Assembly (NCBI RefSeq): GCF_963921235.1
Contig: NC_086108.1
Span: forward strand, 19,468,001-19,532,000
Source: Mobula hypostoma
Lineage: Eukaryota
Reading direction: 5' to 3'
Length of the DNA stretch: 64,000 bases
This document shows positions 1-13,138 of the stretch, in pieces. A program made the position numbers and the translations under genes. The number at the start of each line of letters is the position of its first letter. Position 1 is the stretch's first letter. The notes under the pieces are model-generated. The model did not search any database. It worked only from the letters and a program-made list of their open reading frames with translations, and was not told the DNA's origin.

Positions 1-20
1 CAACTTCCAATCCGAAGCAG

Positions 21-277
21 AGTGGCATGGTAGCGTAGTGGTTGCACAGCGCTTTACAGAGCAGGCGATTCACACCACTGCCAATAAGGAGCTTGTACAT
101 TCTACCTGTGACTGCCTGGGTTTCTTCCAAGTGCTCCAGTTTTCTCCCACATTGCAAAGACCTACCGCTTGATCAGTTAATTGGTCTTTGTAAATTGTCC
201 TGTGATTAGGCTAGGGTTAAATCAGAGGAACTGCTGGGCAGTGCAGCTCCAAGGACATACTCCATGCTGCATCTCAA
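21..277 (+). mobile_element. V-SINE-type SINE (HE1-like), degraded
   Basis: tRNA-like head followed by a V-domain-like core (gtacattctacctgtgactgcctgggtttcttccaagtgctccagttttctcccaca). Similar copies at about 32855-33088 and 40555-40822. Confidence 0.7.
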
Positions 278-356
278 ATTTAAAAAAAGATTAAACAATA
301 TCACCAAATGATTTGCTTTATAAAGCACTAATACATTTATATATTAAATTATCTGT

Positions 357-664
357 GGGCACATGGCCAAGTGGTTAAGGCATTGGACTAGCAACCTGAA
401 GGTCGTGAGTTCGAGCCTCAGCCGAGGCAACGTGTGTTGTGTCCTTGAGCAAGGCACTTAATCACACATTGCTCTGCGATGACACTGGTGCCAAGCTGTA
501 TGGGTCCTAAAGCCCTTCCCTTGGACAACACTGGTGTCGTGGAGAGGGGAGACTTGCAGCATGGGCAACTGCTGGTCTTACATACGACCTTGCCCAGGCC
601 TGCGCCCTGGAGAGTGAAGACTTTCCAGGCGCAGATCCATGGTCTCGCAAGACTAACGGATGCC
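357..664 (+). mobile_element. tRNA-derived SINE with CORE-like domain, full length, 14-bp TSD
   Basis: A box tggccaagtgg, B box gttcgagcc, CORE-like gtgtccttgagcaaggcacttaa. Perfect direct repeat attaaattatctgt at 343-356 and 665-678. Confidence 0.85.
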
Positions 665-2330
665 ATTAAATTATCTGTTACTTTTTGGAAGTCTTTCCTA
701 AAGTTTATTTAAACTAAAACATTACAGCCTCATCAAAAAGTGATTTGATTGGACAGTGAAACTCTGACAACGCAGGGCAAGAACCTGCTGTGTACCTCAT
801 AACCAGAATTCAGTACCAAGGCACTGTACCTTGTGTAATTTTCCTTCAATGCTGTCGTATTGTTTTACATTCTCTTCAATCTTAGCAAATGGGTGAACAA
901 ATGATTACAAAAAGTGTACATATTTAAAAGAAGGCTGCATACAATTTCAAGTATCAACTTACTGACTAGAGCTTTTGCTCTCTCTACCTGATGATTAGAA
1001 AAGCATGAAGTAGAATCGGGACAAGAGTAGGTAAAGTAGGGAAAGTGAGCAGGGAGACAGAGCACACACATTGAGGGAGAATAAGAGGAGGAGGAAGAAA
1101 GGAAGCACCAGAGACGTACATGGCCAAGTTAAACCTGGTTAAGAGGAAGCTCGGAATCAGGAGATCTCAAATGGAGAGAATACAAGCACACAGTCAATGC
1201 TACAAATTAAGAAATTTATCATGGTGATTTGTTTAAAAATTAAAAACAAACTTGGAAAATTCAGAATGAAAACTGAATAAAAAGTTTGTTTTTCCTAGTT
1301 TACCAATTATTATCTTCCAAACACATTTCCCTTGGAGAACTATAGCATATTATCAAAGAAAATGTTTTACACAGTATAGAGCTATTTGGTTCATCATGAA
1401 TATGGTGGTCAAAATAATCTTTAAATCTGTTTCTGTGAGCAATATTAACAGCGCTAAGCGCTACAAGACACTGATGACATTTAAATTAGTGAAGGACAAA
1501 GGGGCAGAATGGTAAATAAACAAGCCCGATGAGAGAAACCAGAAGCAGTGATAAACCACAGTAAGAGCAGGAAACAGAACACAAAGCATCAACAATAGTG
1601 ACAGTTCAACATCAATCAGGCTGCATCACTATTCACATCTACAGGAATCAGACTTCTGCTGTCTGATTTACTTAGACTACTGACAGGAAAAAAAAGATGC
1701 AATCTAATCAGAAACAATTGCTAAATTGCCACATGCACTTTCATCAAATACTAATATAGCAGCCAAAAATCCAACAAGGTACTTCCAGTGAATAGTCCAC
1801 AGCTTTTGCTAAGTCAGTTTAAACTGAAAGCTACTACCAAAAGAAGAGCACTGATTATTTTTCAAATCAAATGAAAATAACCAAACTGATACTATTGCCA
1901 TTCAATAGAACAGGCAACTATACTATTAAATTGTGCTACAAAATTATAAATTATCTGCAGCAGCCCTGCTCCCAATTTTGCCAAGTGGCAATTTTTAATT
2001 GACCCTCTATCGTGATAACCTTTCCCAAATGTTTCTGGACCAAGTTATTTCAGGAATGTGTTTATGGCGGCATGCTTCAGTTGTGCAATACGTAATAAAT
2101 AACGTTGTTATGTGATCCCTAAGTGAAGACAGACAACACCAGGACATTATATAAAGCAACTGAACTGACAGCAGGGTTAGAAGGAAAAAAAGAGACTGTG
2201 TGATTTCTCTGTCATGCAAATTTCTTTCCATTCAACGATTAACATGTATGATTTGTCCAATATTACCGGAAGCAAGGCATTCTGAAACATTTCTACTCCA
2301 CCCTGGAGTCTGTCATTTCTTAATTCATAC

Positions 2331-2405
2331 CTGCAGAATGATGATGCTGAAACTTTCTCACAGAGGTGTAGACCCTGCTTTGTGGGGATCAAGCCTAATG
2401 AATAT
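2331..2405 (-). CDS. IMP3: Next internal coding exon of IMP3 (75 bp, phase 2/2)
   Basis: Translates as (L)YSLGLIPTKQGLHLCEKVSASSFC(R), matching IMP3 [25 protein letters not shown]. Acceptor tttttttctcccctcag, donor gtatga. CT from the upstream exon plus A here rebuilds the Leu codon in frame. Confidence 0.93.
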
Positions 2406-3049
2406 CTGAGGGGAGAAAAAAAACAAAGTTCAGTTAAAATAGTTCGAAAAAAAGTATGAAGAAGTTCCCACAACCTTTCGACATATAACAGTTTTCAACA
2501 CTTGAACGTATCATTACCACTCAACTTTATTGACGCAAAACAATCACATTACATATTATTGTTCAGTGTGAACACATTGTCCTGCCCTCAAAATAAGCAG
2601 GGATGTTTATTCCAGTTTGCATTTGTTTATCAAAAAAATTATCAACAATAGCACTGGTACCAGGACAAGAAAAAGAACGAATGCTCACACAGATCTCACT
2701 TCGTAGAATGTGCATCATTAGGGCTTCTTTCAAAATGCAAATCTCCAAAGGTGTCACACTGTGTGATGTGAAAAGACTGTGGGTGGTGTGGTGACCTTTA
2801 ACTCTGGCATGCAGGTCTCACATTCCAGCCAAGACCTCAAGAATTCAAGTTTCTCCAAGAAATACAAGCATGATATACCAAGGGCACAAAACCACTCCCA
2901 AATATTTCCAAATTTTATGCAAAAGAGGAACTGGTAAAATGGCTCAACTAAATGCAATCTGCTGAAGAAGAATCAGGGATTTGGGGAAGGACAGTACAAG
3001 AGGGACAGTAGATGAAGTTTAGTTTATCATGAGGACATTCTTTACAAAT

Positions 3050-5670
3050 GGGGCATTTACTTTTGGTTAGAATATGGTGGTGGACCTACTCAAACCACTG
3101 CAGTCAGCATGGATTAATGTCCATTTGGATGCTACAAAGAAAGAATGAGGTCTGAGATTCTGCTCAAGTTGATATTGTAGTCCTGGAATATCTGGCTGTC
3201 GTGTTGTCCCTTGTAAGTGTTGAGGGAGTTCACTGTCGTCATCCTGCTTGCAGTGTACACTCCACCAGAGCAAACTTCAGGCTGGCACTGGAGGAGCTGA
3301 GTACCATGACCAGCAGTCATGAGGCAGTGCATCCTGATGTCTTCCAAATCATCGCAGGGGTCTTCAACCAAGCTAGCTTGAAGCCTCTCACAAACTACCA
3401 CCAACATGTTTCCTGGGGCCAACACACTTGATCACTGTTACACTACCATCAGGAATGTTTTACCAGGCCATTCCATACCCACACTTTGACAAGTCTAATC
3501 ACTTGACTGTACTTCTATTCCCCGCACAGAGGCAGAGACCGAGAACCACAGCACCAGTGATAAGGACCACAACCGTCAAGGGAGGCAGAGGAGCACAGGC
3601 AGGGCTATATTGAATTGTTGGACTGGACCATATTCCGGATTCGTCTTCTGATCTGAATATGCCAAAGCCATCACCAACTTCATCAGGATCTGGATGGATG
3701 AGTGCGTGCCTTTGAAAAGATACAGAGTACTCAAACCAGCTTATATGAACCAGGAGATGTGCAGTCGGCTGAGGGCAAGGCCTGTGGTTTGCACACCATT
3801 ACTTTCTACAAGGCAAAACCTGACAGCCTAATTGGTAGTGATGCTTCACTCGCTGATCCACACTTTTATGCACACTTTGAAAGAGGGAATAACATTACAC
3901 CTGTGCCAAACCCCACTGCTTCCGGTGACCCTGTGATCAGTATCAGAGAACAACCTCAGAACTTCCTTCAAATGGGTGAACCCTCGCAAGGTATCAGCAC
4001 CTGGCAGTGACTGAGAGTCTGTGTTGCCCAACTGGCCGGAGTTCATCAACATTGCACTTCTGCAGTCTGAGGTTCCACCTGCTTCAAATTATACCACTGC
4101 CTCAGAGGGGCAGAGTAAGCCGCCTCAAAAACTCTTGCCCTGTAGCACTCACTCCACAGTGAGGAAGTTGGTCATGGATAGAATTAACTCCTGCCTCAGT
4201 GAGGAAGAAAATTAAAAAGAAAATTAAATTTTGAATTAAATTTTGTTGTCAAGCTTAACTAGCTAAATATTGCTCAAGACTTGGGTCATGAGGGCAACAG
4301 GATAAGATGCAGACACTGCCTTGATCATGCAAGCTAATAGCAAGAAATAGATCATACCACTGATAAGGTATTGCCAACCTTTGTCTGAGATCACCCAGCT
4401 GATAGACGAACTGACTGTAGACGTGCAATTCTAATTTTGTATATCGCGTGGCAACCATTAGTAGACTTCTTGAAATCGCTGACCAAGTATGTTTAGCTGT
4501 TGGCTATTGCCCAAAATTTACTGTATAAATTTAAGATGTAACCTGACATTGGCAGAGTTGGAAGACAATGGTTCCCCGTGATCACGTATTAAAAGGTTAA
4601 CTTTATATCGAGGTCTGTGTCTTTATTTCTGTTCCCTAACAGAGCAAAGTCTCTCACAGTAAATTGGCAACAAAATTCTTTTGCAGTAAAGTAGGATAAA
4701 TCAGAGTAAATTCTTCAACTGAGCAAGGACCTGGATCTTACTCTTCTACCACAAATAGTCAAAGTTCCAAATTCTAAGTAAAATTATTATTAAAGTACAT
4801 ACGTCACCATGTACAACCCTGGGATTCATTTCTTGTGGGCATTCACAGTCATTACAAAAGAAACAATAGAATTAAAGACCACACACAAGATGGACAAACA
4901 ACCAAAGTACAAAAGACAAACTGCAAATTTTAAGAAATATAAATAATGATAAAGAATTGAGCAATAAATATCAAGAACCTGGGATAAAGAGTCGGTGAAA
5001 ATGAATCCAAAAGTTGTGAGAACAGTTCAGTGAGTAACGTTGTCCCCTCTGGTCAAGAGCCTGATGGTTGAGGGGAAAATAACTGATCTTGAACATGGTA
5101 GTGTGGGTCCTGAGGTTCCTGCACTTCCTTCTTGATGGCAGCAGTGAGAAGAGAGCACGGTTTAGATGCAGTCTACAACAGATGCAATCTCACTGGCTCT
5201 CCACTCAGCTTTGGAGCACCTCGACAGCAAAACAAACATCAGGCTGCTGTTTATTTTTATTTTATTTAGAGGTACAGCGTGGTTACAAGCCCTTCTGGCC
5301 CAACAGGCCTGCACAGCTCAATTAGACTCAGATGACCAATCAACCGACGAACCCATACATCTTTGAAATGTGGAAGAAAACCACAGAACCTGGATATAAT
5401 CAATTACAGCTCGGTATTCACCATCACCTCCTCACTACTAAACAACAAGATTCAAAACCTGGTCCCTTTTTTTTTTAAACTCCCTTTGCAGTTGGATCCT
5501 CAACTTCTGTCAGTAATAACATGTCCTTGCTGACAATCAAGACAGGCACATCTCAATGATGTGTGTTCAGTCCACTGCTCCAATCTCTACACTCATGACC
5601 ATGTGACTAGGCACAACTCAAATGCCATCTACAAGTTCACCAATGGCCCAACTGTTGGTGGCAGAGTCTC
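3050..5670 (+). mobile_element. Degraded Rex1/Babar-like non-LTR retrotransposon broken by later insertions
   Basis: Endonuclease- and RT-like remnants in order (ctgcagtctgaggttccacctgcttcaa; STTDAISLALHSALEHLD; catctacaagttc), interrupted at about 4200-4720, 4760-5160 and 5270-5395. Confidence 0.6.
4244..4672 (+). mobile_element. Probable solo LTR
   Basis: Termini tgttgtcaa...ttggcaaca (TG..CA, 8/9 inverted match). Flanks aaattt/aaattc. Internal tataaa, then attaaa followed by a GT/T-rich tract. Confidence 0.5.
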
Positions 5671-5884
5671 AGATTAAAACGAGATTGCACACAGAATGCA
5701 GAATAAAGAACTACAGTTATATAGAAAGTGCAGGGCAGGTACACAGTAATGTACAGGGCCATAATAAGACCAGCTTTATTTGTCAAATATACATTAAAAC
5801 TGTGAAATGTGTTATTTTGTGTCAAAACAAATCAGCAAGGATTGTGCTAGTGTCATCACATTTCTGGCACTCATATAGCATGCC

Positions 5885-6066
5885 TACAACTCACTAACCC
5901 TAAGCATACGTCCCTGGAGTGAGCGAGGAAAGTAGAGATCCCAGAGGAAACCCATGCGGTAATGGGAGAATGCATAAACTTCATAAAGACAGCAGCAGGT
6001 ATTGAACCCTGATCTTACAGCTGACACTGTTAAGCATCATGTTAGCCACTATGGTACCGTGCTGCC
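5885..6066 (-). mobile_element. V-SINE-type SINE fragment
   Basis: Reverse complement of the V-domain core (gaggaaacccatgcggtaatgggagaatgcataaact) plus a B-box-like attgaaccc. Confidence 0.6.
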
Positions 6067-6149
6067 TCAGTTGAGGTAGATTGTGAGGTCAAAAGTCCAT
6101 TTTAGCATATAACTCAGTCGTCTTTTATACTGCTGTTATAAGCTTCCCT

Positions 6150-6610
6150 TGAACCTAGCGCACACTCTTTTGCATCTTCTGCCCAATGGAGATGAAGAGA
6201 GAACATCCAATATGGGAGGTGTCTTTGACTTTGCTGTCTGCTCTTACCCAGGCAGTGAGAAGTGTTGACAGAGTCCATGGAGGGGAGGCTGGTTTCCACA
6301 GTGTGATAAGCTGTGTCTCACTCTTTGTGTCTCGAGATGAGAAGTTGTCACACCAAGCTGTGATGCATCCTGACAGGATACCTTCTCGGGACATCAGTAA
6401 AAACCGGTGAGGGTCAAATTTCTGTCGCCTCCTGTCCTGAGGAAACAGAAGTGCTGGGGAACTTTCTACATAGTTGGACCAGGACAGGCGATTGGTGATG
6501 TTCACTCCTCGGAACTTGAAACTCTCAAGTTGCTCAGCCTCAAGCACAACTGATGTGAATGGGCATGTATGCACTGCCTCCCTCCTTTGTGTTTACCGAC
6601 ACTGAGGCAA
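6150..6610 (-). mobile_element. Rex1/Babar-like LINE 3' fragment
   Basis: ORF remnant ESFKFRGVNITNRLSWS...EGILSGCITAWCDN, typical of the region downstream of RT. Confidence 0.65.
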
Positions 6611-7039
6611 CAGTTGCCATGACATCATGTCACACAGCGCACTGTGACATCGTAGTCACTTGCTATGAGGTCCTCATGATTATCCTGTTTCAAAGCTGTT
6701 AATCATGTTCATTATATGCAGGCTTCACATCTGCCTGGGGGGTGGGACGTGGACTGCTGCCAGGATAGATATTCCATGGCAGGTAAACAGGAAAACAGCT
6801 GGATCGTCACTTCCAAGTGCTATGAGGAGTTGATTTGGAAGCAGACCCCTCCGACTTCTGCACTACCTGATGGCACATTACAGTCCATCCGGTGAACTGA
6901 GAAGCCCTCAGGCTGGAAAGTACTGTCAGGTGAAGCAGGTTCAAGGCACATTTCAGTGCGATAGAGCAGACACCACTCCCTTGGTTCACTTTCACAGCTC
7001 GATCTCACTTCCAGCGAGCAAATGGGATTATGTCATCAT

Positions 7040-8240
7040 TACAGTGGACCTTCCCTGGACCCAGCAAACAAATGCAATTTAGAAAAAAAGCACAGCACCA
7101 CTTTTACTTCCTTTGAAATCTGCAAAGGTTCAACATGACATCTGAATATAGATGTGTGGTGGAGACTATATTGTCTAGCTGCATCAGAGCCTGATATGGA
7201 AACACCAATGCCCTTGAACAGAAAATCTGATGAAAGGTAGCAGATCTGAGCAAGTCCATCACTGCCAAAGCCCTCCCCACCACTGGGCACATCTACACAG
7301 AGTGTTGTTGCAGAAAAACAGCACTCCATCAAGGATACCCCACTAACCATCGTCTCTTCTTGCTGCTGCCTTCAGGAAGGTACAGGAACCTCAGGACTTG
7401 CACCACCAGGTTCAGCAACGTTTATTACCCCCGTCCTCTGGTGGGTGTGGCTTAATCCTTTCGAAAGCTGCTTCCGTCATGCTGATTGGTTTATTTAAAG
7501 TTTGTGATGCTCGTTTCCGATTGGTAGGGTAAAGGATGCAATGGAGCCCACTTCCAGTTCTGGGCACCTTGGCTTTTTCTTTCCAGTCATCCACAGGGCC
7601 CGACCTCACGAATGGTCCTGAAGGACCACTGGAAAAGTATGTTGTAAACACAGACAGGCCCCCCGCAGTTTCTTTAGTTAAATATCTTTTCGTAGCATGC
7701 TTACTTCTTCGATTTTATAAATCGGGGAGGTTTAGCAGAGTATCCATTCATTTAAAGGGTAACTGAATGTACGGTGTAGTGCTTTTGGGTACTTAGATGA
7801 ACACTCACCTAGCTGGACACCCAACTTAGTGTTTCACTGTTCGTTTCTTAAAAAAATACCAAACATATCCATTTTAAAATTTGCGTGTCCTGTTTCATTC
7901 ACTGGATCCTTGAACATGCTCTTCCATTTTACAACCCCTCAACTATCAGGCTCTTGAACCAGATGGGATAACTTCATTCAACTTTCACTTGCACCATCAC
8001 TGAAATATTCCCACGACCTATGGACTCACTTTCAAGGACTCTTCATCTCATGTTCTCGATATTTACTGTATTCATTTATTATTATTATTTCTTCTGTCTT
8101 TTTGTATTTGCGCAGATTGTTGTCTTTTGCACACTGGTTGTTACCCCGATGGTGTGGTCTTTCATTGATTCTATTATGCCCACAAGAAAATGAATCTCAG
8201 TGTCGATTACATACTTTGACAGTAAATTTACTTTGAACTT
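7040..8240 (+). mobile_element. Rex1/Babar-like LINE 3' end, split by a solo LTR
   Basis: Ends in aaatttactttgaacttt. The sequence gtttattacccc|tcaactatcaggctcttgaacc is continuous once 7432-7938 is removed. Confidence 0.65.
7432..7933 (+). mobile_element. Solo LTR (about 502 bp) with 5-bp TSD ACCCC
   Basis: acccc at 7427-7431 and 7934-7938. Termini cgt...ttttaca (TG..CA with one substitution). Interrupts a recognisable LINE tail. Confidence 0.7.
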
Positions 8241-11200
8241 TAACGCTGATGGGTACAAGGGTCAGCACAGACGTGGGAGGCAAAAGGGCCCATTTCCAGG
8301 ACATATGCTAGGACTCAATGATGTCCACCATTCCATTACCTTTCAAATTGCACGTAATGTGACTGATATAGTTCAATCCGTTCCACAATCCAAAACCCAA
8401 AGCACTCCTCTTTAATCAATACCACCCTCTGTTTATGATGCAGCCACCTCTACCCTGGCAAAACAACTCAGCTCAAGTGATTGATCACTTTCCTCAACTC
8501 AAGGGACTGAATCTGAGTGTCTCAAACCTAACCACTTCAATTCTCCTTTTATGGATCCTCCTGTCTTCTGCCTAAACACTAGTCAACAAAATCATCTTGC
8601 TGTTCAGTTAGAATTCAATATGGAGTCAATTATTGGACCATTACAACTTCTCCCTTTAACTCTGCCCTATACAGTTTCTCTGAAACTACTCTCTTTCTAC
8701 TTGCTTTCACTACTCTCTTTACGCACCTCATCATTATTTTCTTATTTAATAAGTCCTGCCTAAACACTCTGATATATACCTGGTTTGTTCTTTCCTCTCT
8801 CTGTTGTTGTTTTTTGCACAATTTTTAAACTATTTGATATAGTACACTGTAATTGATTTATTATTTTCTTCTACAATATGTATTATTGAACTGCTGCTGC
8901 TAAGTGAACAAATTTCACGACACATGCTGGTGATGATAAACCTGTGATAATAAGCCTTTGGAAATCGCTATTCCTCCACTCACTGCCAAATCCATAACCA
9001 ACTTACAGCAACAAATGAAACATCAAAATTCACATATTTGAGATGGAAGGAAACTGGGAAATGGAATGAAATTCTTAGAGGAAGCAAGGTCGCAAAAGTT
9101 ACAATGAGATCACAAGACCAAATATTACTTCCACCAGAAAAGCAAAAGGCAATCTTTCAGATATCTTCTTCTATCCATTCAATACTCATATTGCAGCAAG
9201 CAGAATACCAAACAAATGCACACTTAATTCCAGGTTTCTCTCCACACATCCTCCTGGGAGGTTAGTTCCATATATTTAACACTTACCGGATAATCTGACA
9301 TCAAACTATTTCCTTATTTGAGGGGAGACTACTAAGCAATAAGGAATGAAATTTGCGGTCATGCAATCTGAAGTAAAAGATCTGTCATGTATACAGCTGC
9401 AAATCATATCAATACAAGTGGAAGCATAACTATTTAGGGATCAAAAAATGTTGCCAAGACAGAACAACAATCTGAAAACATTACTCAAGGAATTACAAGG
9501 GCATGTGAGTGAAAGAAAAACTGCTGGAGAGAGTACAGCCCAAACTGTTGAATCTTCGATTCCACAGATGCTCCCAAACTCAAGTGCTTATAGCTCATCT
9601 TATCTTGTTTTCCAGCAACAATGTTTATGCTTTTCTAGATCAAGACTTTGCCCTCACTCTATTGAGTCTTTCATCAGGCTTTGTACCAAATGTTGTTTTG
9701 ATGCAGCCACAGTTCTGAGATAATAGGCTTTCCTGTGGAAATGCTGCCATCCAGTTCAACAGAGCAGTTGGCAAGCTACAAACATTGGCTCAACTATAAA
9801 GCCAGTTCTGCCTGGCACATCGTCACAAGTGAGAGGATACTGACAGACTTCATGCAAATACTGGAAGACTGTTCCAAGCACCCTGTAACTCCTGCTTTTT
9901 GACAGAATCATGATATTGGATCAATTGCTTTTCACGTGGAAGTCCATTAGTCCTTTTTTTTTAAAAGAAAGGTAGCAGACCTGTCTAGCTCCGTCACGAT
10001 TTAACTGCCGAGTACCTCTCCATTTCTCTTTCGAAAGACGATGCAGAATTTCTGTGGAAGAATATTTATGGAATTTTTATTAAAGAAATTATGATGCATT
10101 CTCCTTGGGGGAAGTGGAAACTGTCAATATTTGACAGAAGCATTATGCAGGAATATGACAACTTTGAAGTAATATAAACTGCAAACTCAAAAATCCTTTG
10201 AAGATGCAGAATACTTCAGTTTAATTTAACTGCTTAGGTCAGTGGATCAAAATTTCAAGTTCAAACCTCATCCAGTCTATTGGAAAGACATTCACCTCCA
10301 AGTCCATTGCATTTGAGTCAAGTTTGTTCAGAACAAACAGCTCCCAGAGGACAATTAATAACTGACAATACTTCACCCTACAATACATGATCAAAGTTCC
10401 ATACAACAGATCCCAAGAGATGTTCCTGATGTGGTGCAAAAGCCTGGCAAGAAATCTCGAGGAGGATGCAGCTAGCACTGACACATTAGCAACCAACATT
10501 AAAAATATGAAGCAGCTGAGTTTAATATCTACCCAGACATCAATTTTATTTGAATTAGTAGGTACGTTTCCTTTTTTTAGTTTAATAATTGAGGATAGAA
10601 ACATAAGACCAGGACATTTTGTGTGAGAAGCGCTTCCAAGGTGGGAAGAAAATTAATAAAAGATTTGCAATCTGCCGAATTATGTAGAATAATAATTATA
10701 TAAAATTCTAAAATGTGCTGTACAAAGAAACATTAAATATCCAGATGGATTTACCAAATGAAGACCATTAAAAAGCAATAAAATTAAATAAAGAAAACAT
10801 TGTGCTCTTAAGCGCACTGCAAAAAGATTTTTGTATTTACTAATGTATCAACTATTTTTTAAAATCTAATTTCTTACCTTTGAAATATGTGACAGACCTC
10901 AAAAATTACTAGTTTCCATTTGTTGTAAAAACCTCTATTTAACATGGATCATCCCAAGTCTTCCCTCCTCCCACAAAAAGATTATCTGAAAAAGAAAACT
11001 TTATGCTACGTTAACCAAATATAGAAGCTTGGCCAGACTTTTTTTTGAAAAAGGAAAGAGGGACAGAGAAATTTTGTTTTGGAAAATTTCACAACTTTAC
11101 ACAATGGTGGAGTAATTGAGGATGCTTGGAATTAAGTGTTTCAATCGTGGTGAACGAAGTAAGGACAAAGTGAGTCTGGCTTGTAGAAGTAGATGAAGAT

Positions 11201-11470
11201 GATGTTGAAGAGGTTTTGGCATCCCATGACCAAGAATTGATAGATGAAGAGCAGATGCAATTGGAAGAAGAAAGGATAACAATCGAAATCAAATGCAGTA
11301 GCGAACTCGTCGAAAGTGAAGTCGTCCAGGAACTGAACGTGAAGCAACCACATGAAATTTTCGCTGCAATGATTGCAGAAAAGTACAACTTGAATTTTGA
11401 AAGGGGAGCAACACACATAAAAGTTGCTGGCGAACGCAGCAGGCCAGGCAGCATCTATAGGAAGAGGTGC

Positions 11471-11506
11471 AGTCGATGTTTCAGGCCGAGACCCTTCATC
11501 AGGACT
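11471..11506 (-). ncRNA. Minimal type I hammerhead ribozyme motif in PLE 3' end (CA instead of CG in helix III)
   Basis: RNA AGUC-CUGAUGA-AGG(GUCUCGG)CCU-GAAA-CA-UC-GACU. Confidence 0.65.
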
Positions 11507-13138
11507 AACTGAAGGAAGAGTGAGCAAGGGATTTGAAAGTTGGAGGGGGAGGGGAGATCCAAAATGATAGGAGAAGACAGGAGGGGGAGGGATGGAGCCA
11601 AGAGCTGGACAGGTGATAGGCAAAAGGGATACGAGAGGATCATGGGACAGGAGGTCCGGGAAGAAAGACAAGGTGGGGGGGGGTGGGCAAGGGGTTTATT
11701 CAGAGGGACAGAGGGAGAAAAAGGAGATTGAGAGAAAGAATGTGTGTATAAAAATAAGTAACAGATGGGGTACGAGGGGGAGGTGGGGCATTAGCTGAAG
11801 TTAGAGAAGTCGATGTTCATGCCATCAGGTTGAAGGCTACCCAGACAGAATATAAGGTGATGTTCCTGCAACCTGAGTGTGGCTTCATCTTTACAGTAGA
11901 GGAGGCCGTGGATAGACATGTCAGAATGGGAATGGGATGTGGAATTAAAATGTGTGGCCACTGGGAGATCCTGCTTTCTCTGGCGGACAGAACGTAGGTG
12001 TTCAGCAAAGCGGTCTCCCAGTCTGCGTCAGGTCTCGCCAATATATAAAAGGCCACATCGGGAGCACCGGATGCAGTATATCACCCCAGCCGACTCACAG
12101 GTGAAGTGTTGCCTCACCTGGAAGGACTGTTTGGGGCCCTGAACGGTGGTAAGGGAGGAAGTGTAAGGGCATGTGTAGCACTTGTTCCGCTTACACGGAT
12201 AAGTGCCAGGAGGGAGATCAGTGGGGAGGGATGGGGGGGACGAATGGACAAGGGAGTTGCGTAGGGAGAGATCCCTGCAGAATGCAGAGAGAGGGGGGGA
12301 GGGAAAGATGTGCTTAGTGGTGAGATTCCATTGGAAGTGGCGGAAGTTACGGAGAATAATATGTTGGACCCGGAGGCTGGTGGAGTGGTAGGTGAGGACC
12401 AGGGGAACCCTATTCCTAGTGGGGTGGCGGGAGGATGGAGTGAGAATAGATGTATGTGAAATGGGGGAGATGTGTTTAAGAGCAGAGTTGATAGTGGAGG
12501 AAGGGAAGCCCCTTTCTTTAAGAAAGGAAGACATCTCCCTCGTCCTAGAATGAAAAGCCTCATCCTGAGAGCAGATGCGGCGGAGACGGAGGAATTGCGA
12601 GAAGGGGATGGCGTTTTTGCAAGAGACAGGGTGAGAAGAGGAATAGTCCAGTTAGCTGTGAGAGTCAGTAGGGTTATAGTAGACATCAGTGGATAAGCTG
12701 TCTCCAGAGACAGAGACAGAGAAAGATCTAGAAAGGGGAGGGAGGTGTCGGAAATGGACCAGGTAAACTTGAGGGCAGGGTGAAAGTTGGAGGCAAAGTT
12801 AATAAAGTCAACGAGCTCTGCATGCGTGCAGGAAGCAGCACCAATGCAGTCGCCGATGTAGTGAAGGAAAAGTGGGGGACAGATACCAGAATAGACACGG
12901 AACATAGATTGTTCCACAAAGCCAACAAAAAGGCAGCATAGCTAGGACCCATACGGGTGCCCATAGCTGCACCTTTAGTTTGGAGGAAGTGGGAGGAGCC
13001 AAAGGAGAAATTATTAAGAGTAAGGACTAATTCCGCTAGACGGAGCAGAGTGGTGGTAGAGGGGAACTGATTAGATCTAGAATCCAAAAAGAAGCGTAGA
13101 GCTTTGAGACCTTCCTGATGGGGGATGGAAGTATATAG

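Noticed and set aside
357..430. tRNA gene
   Set aside because: The A and B boxes belong to a SINE head that continues into a body and is flanked by a TSD. No complete acceptor stem.
2406..2700. Intronic C/D box snoRNA near the IMP3 acceptor
   Set aside because: No convincing RUGAUGA/CUGA pair with a terminal stem found by eye.
11141..11798. Pro/Ser-rich and Gly/Arg/Glu-rich ORFs (also near 25600, 30800, 32300 and 34800)
   Set aside because: Spurious frames across the purine/pyrimidine-biased PLE 3' UTR.
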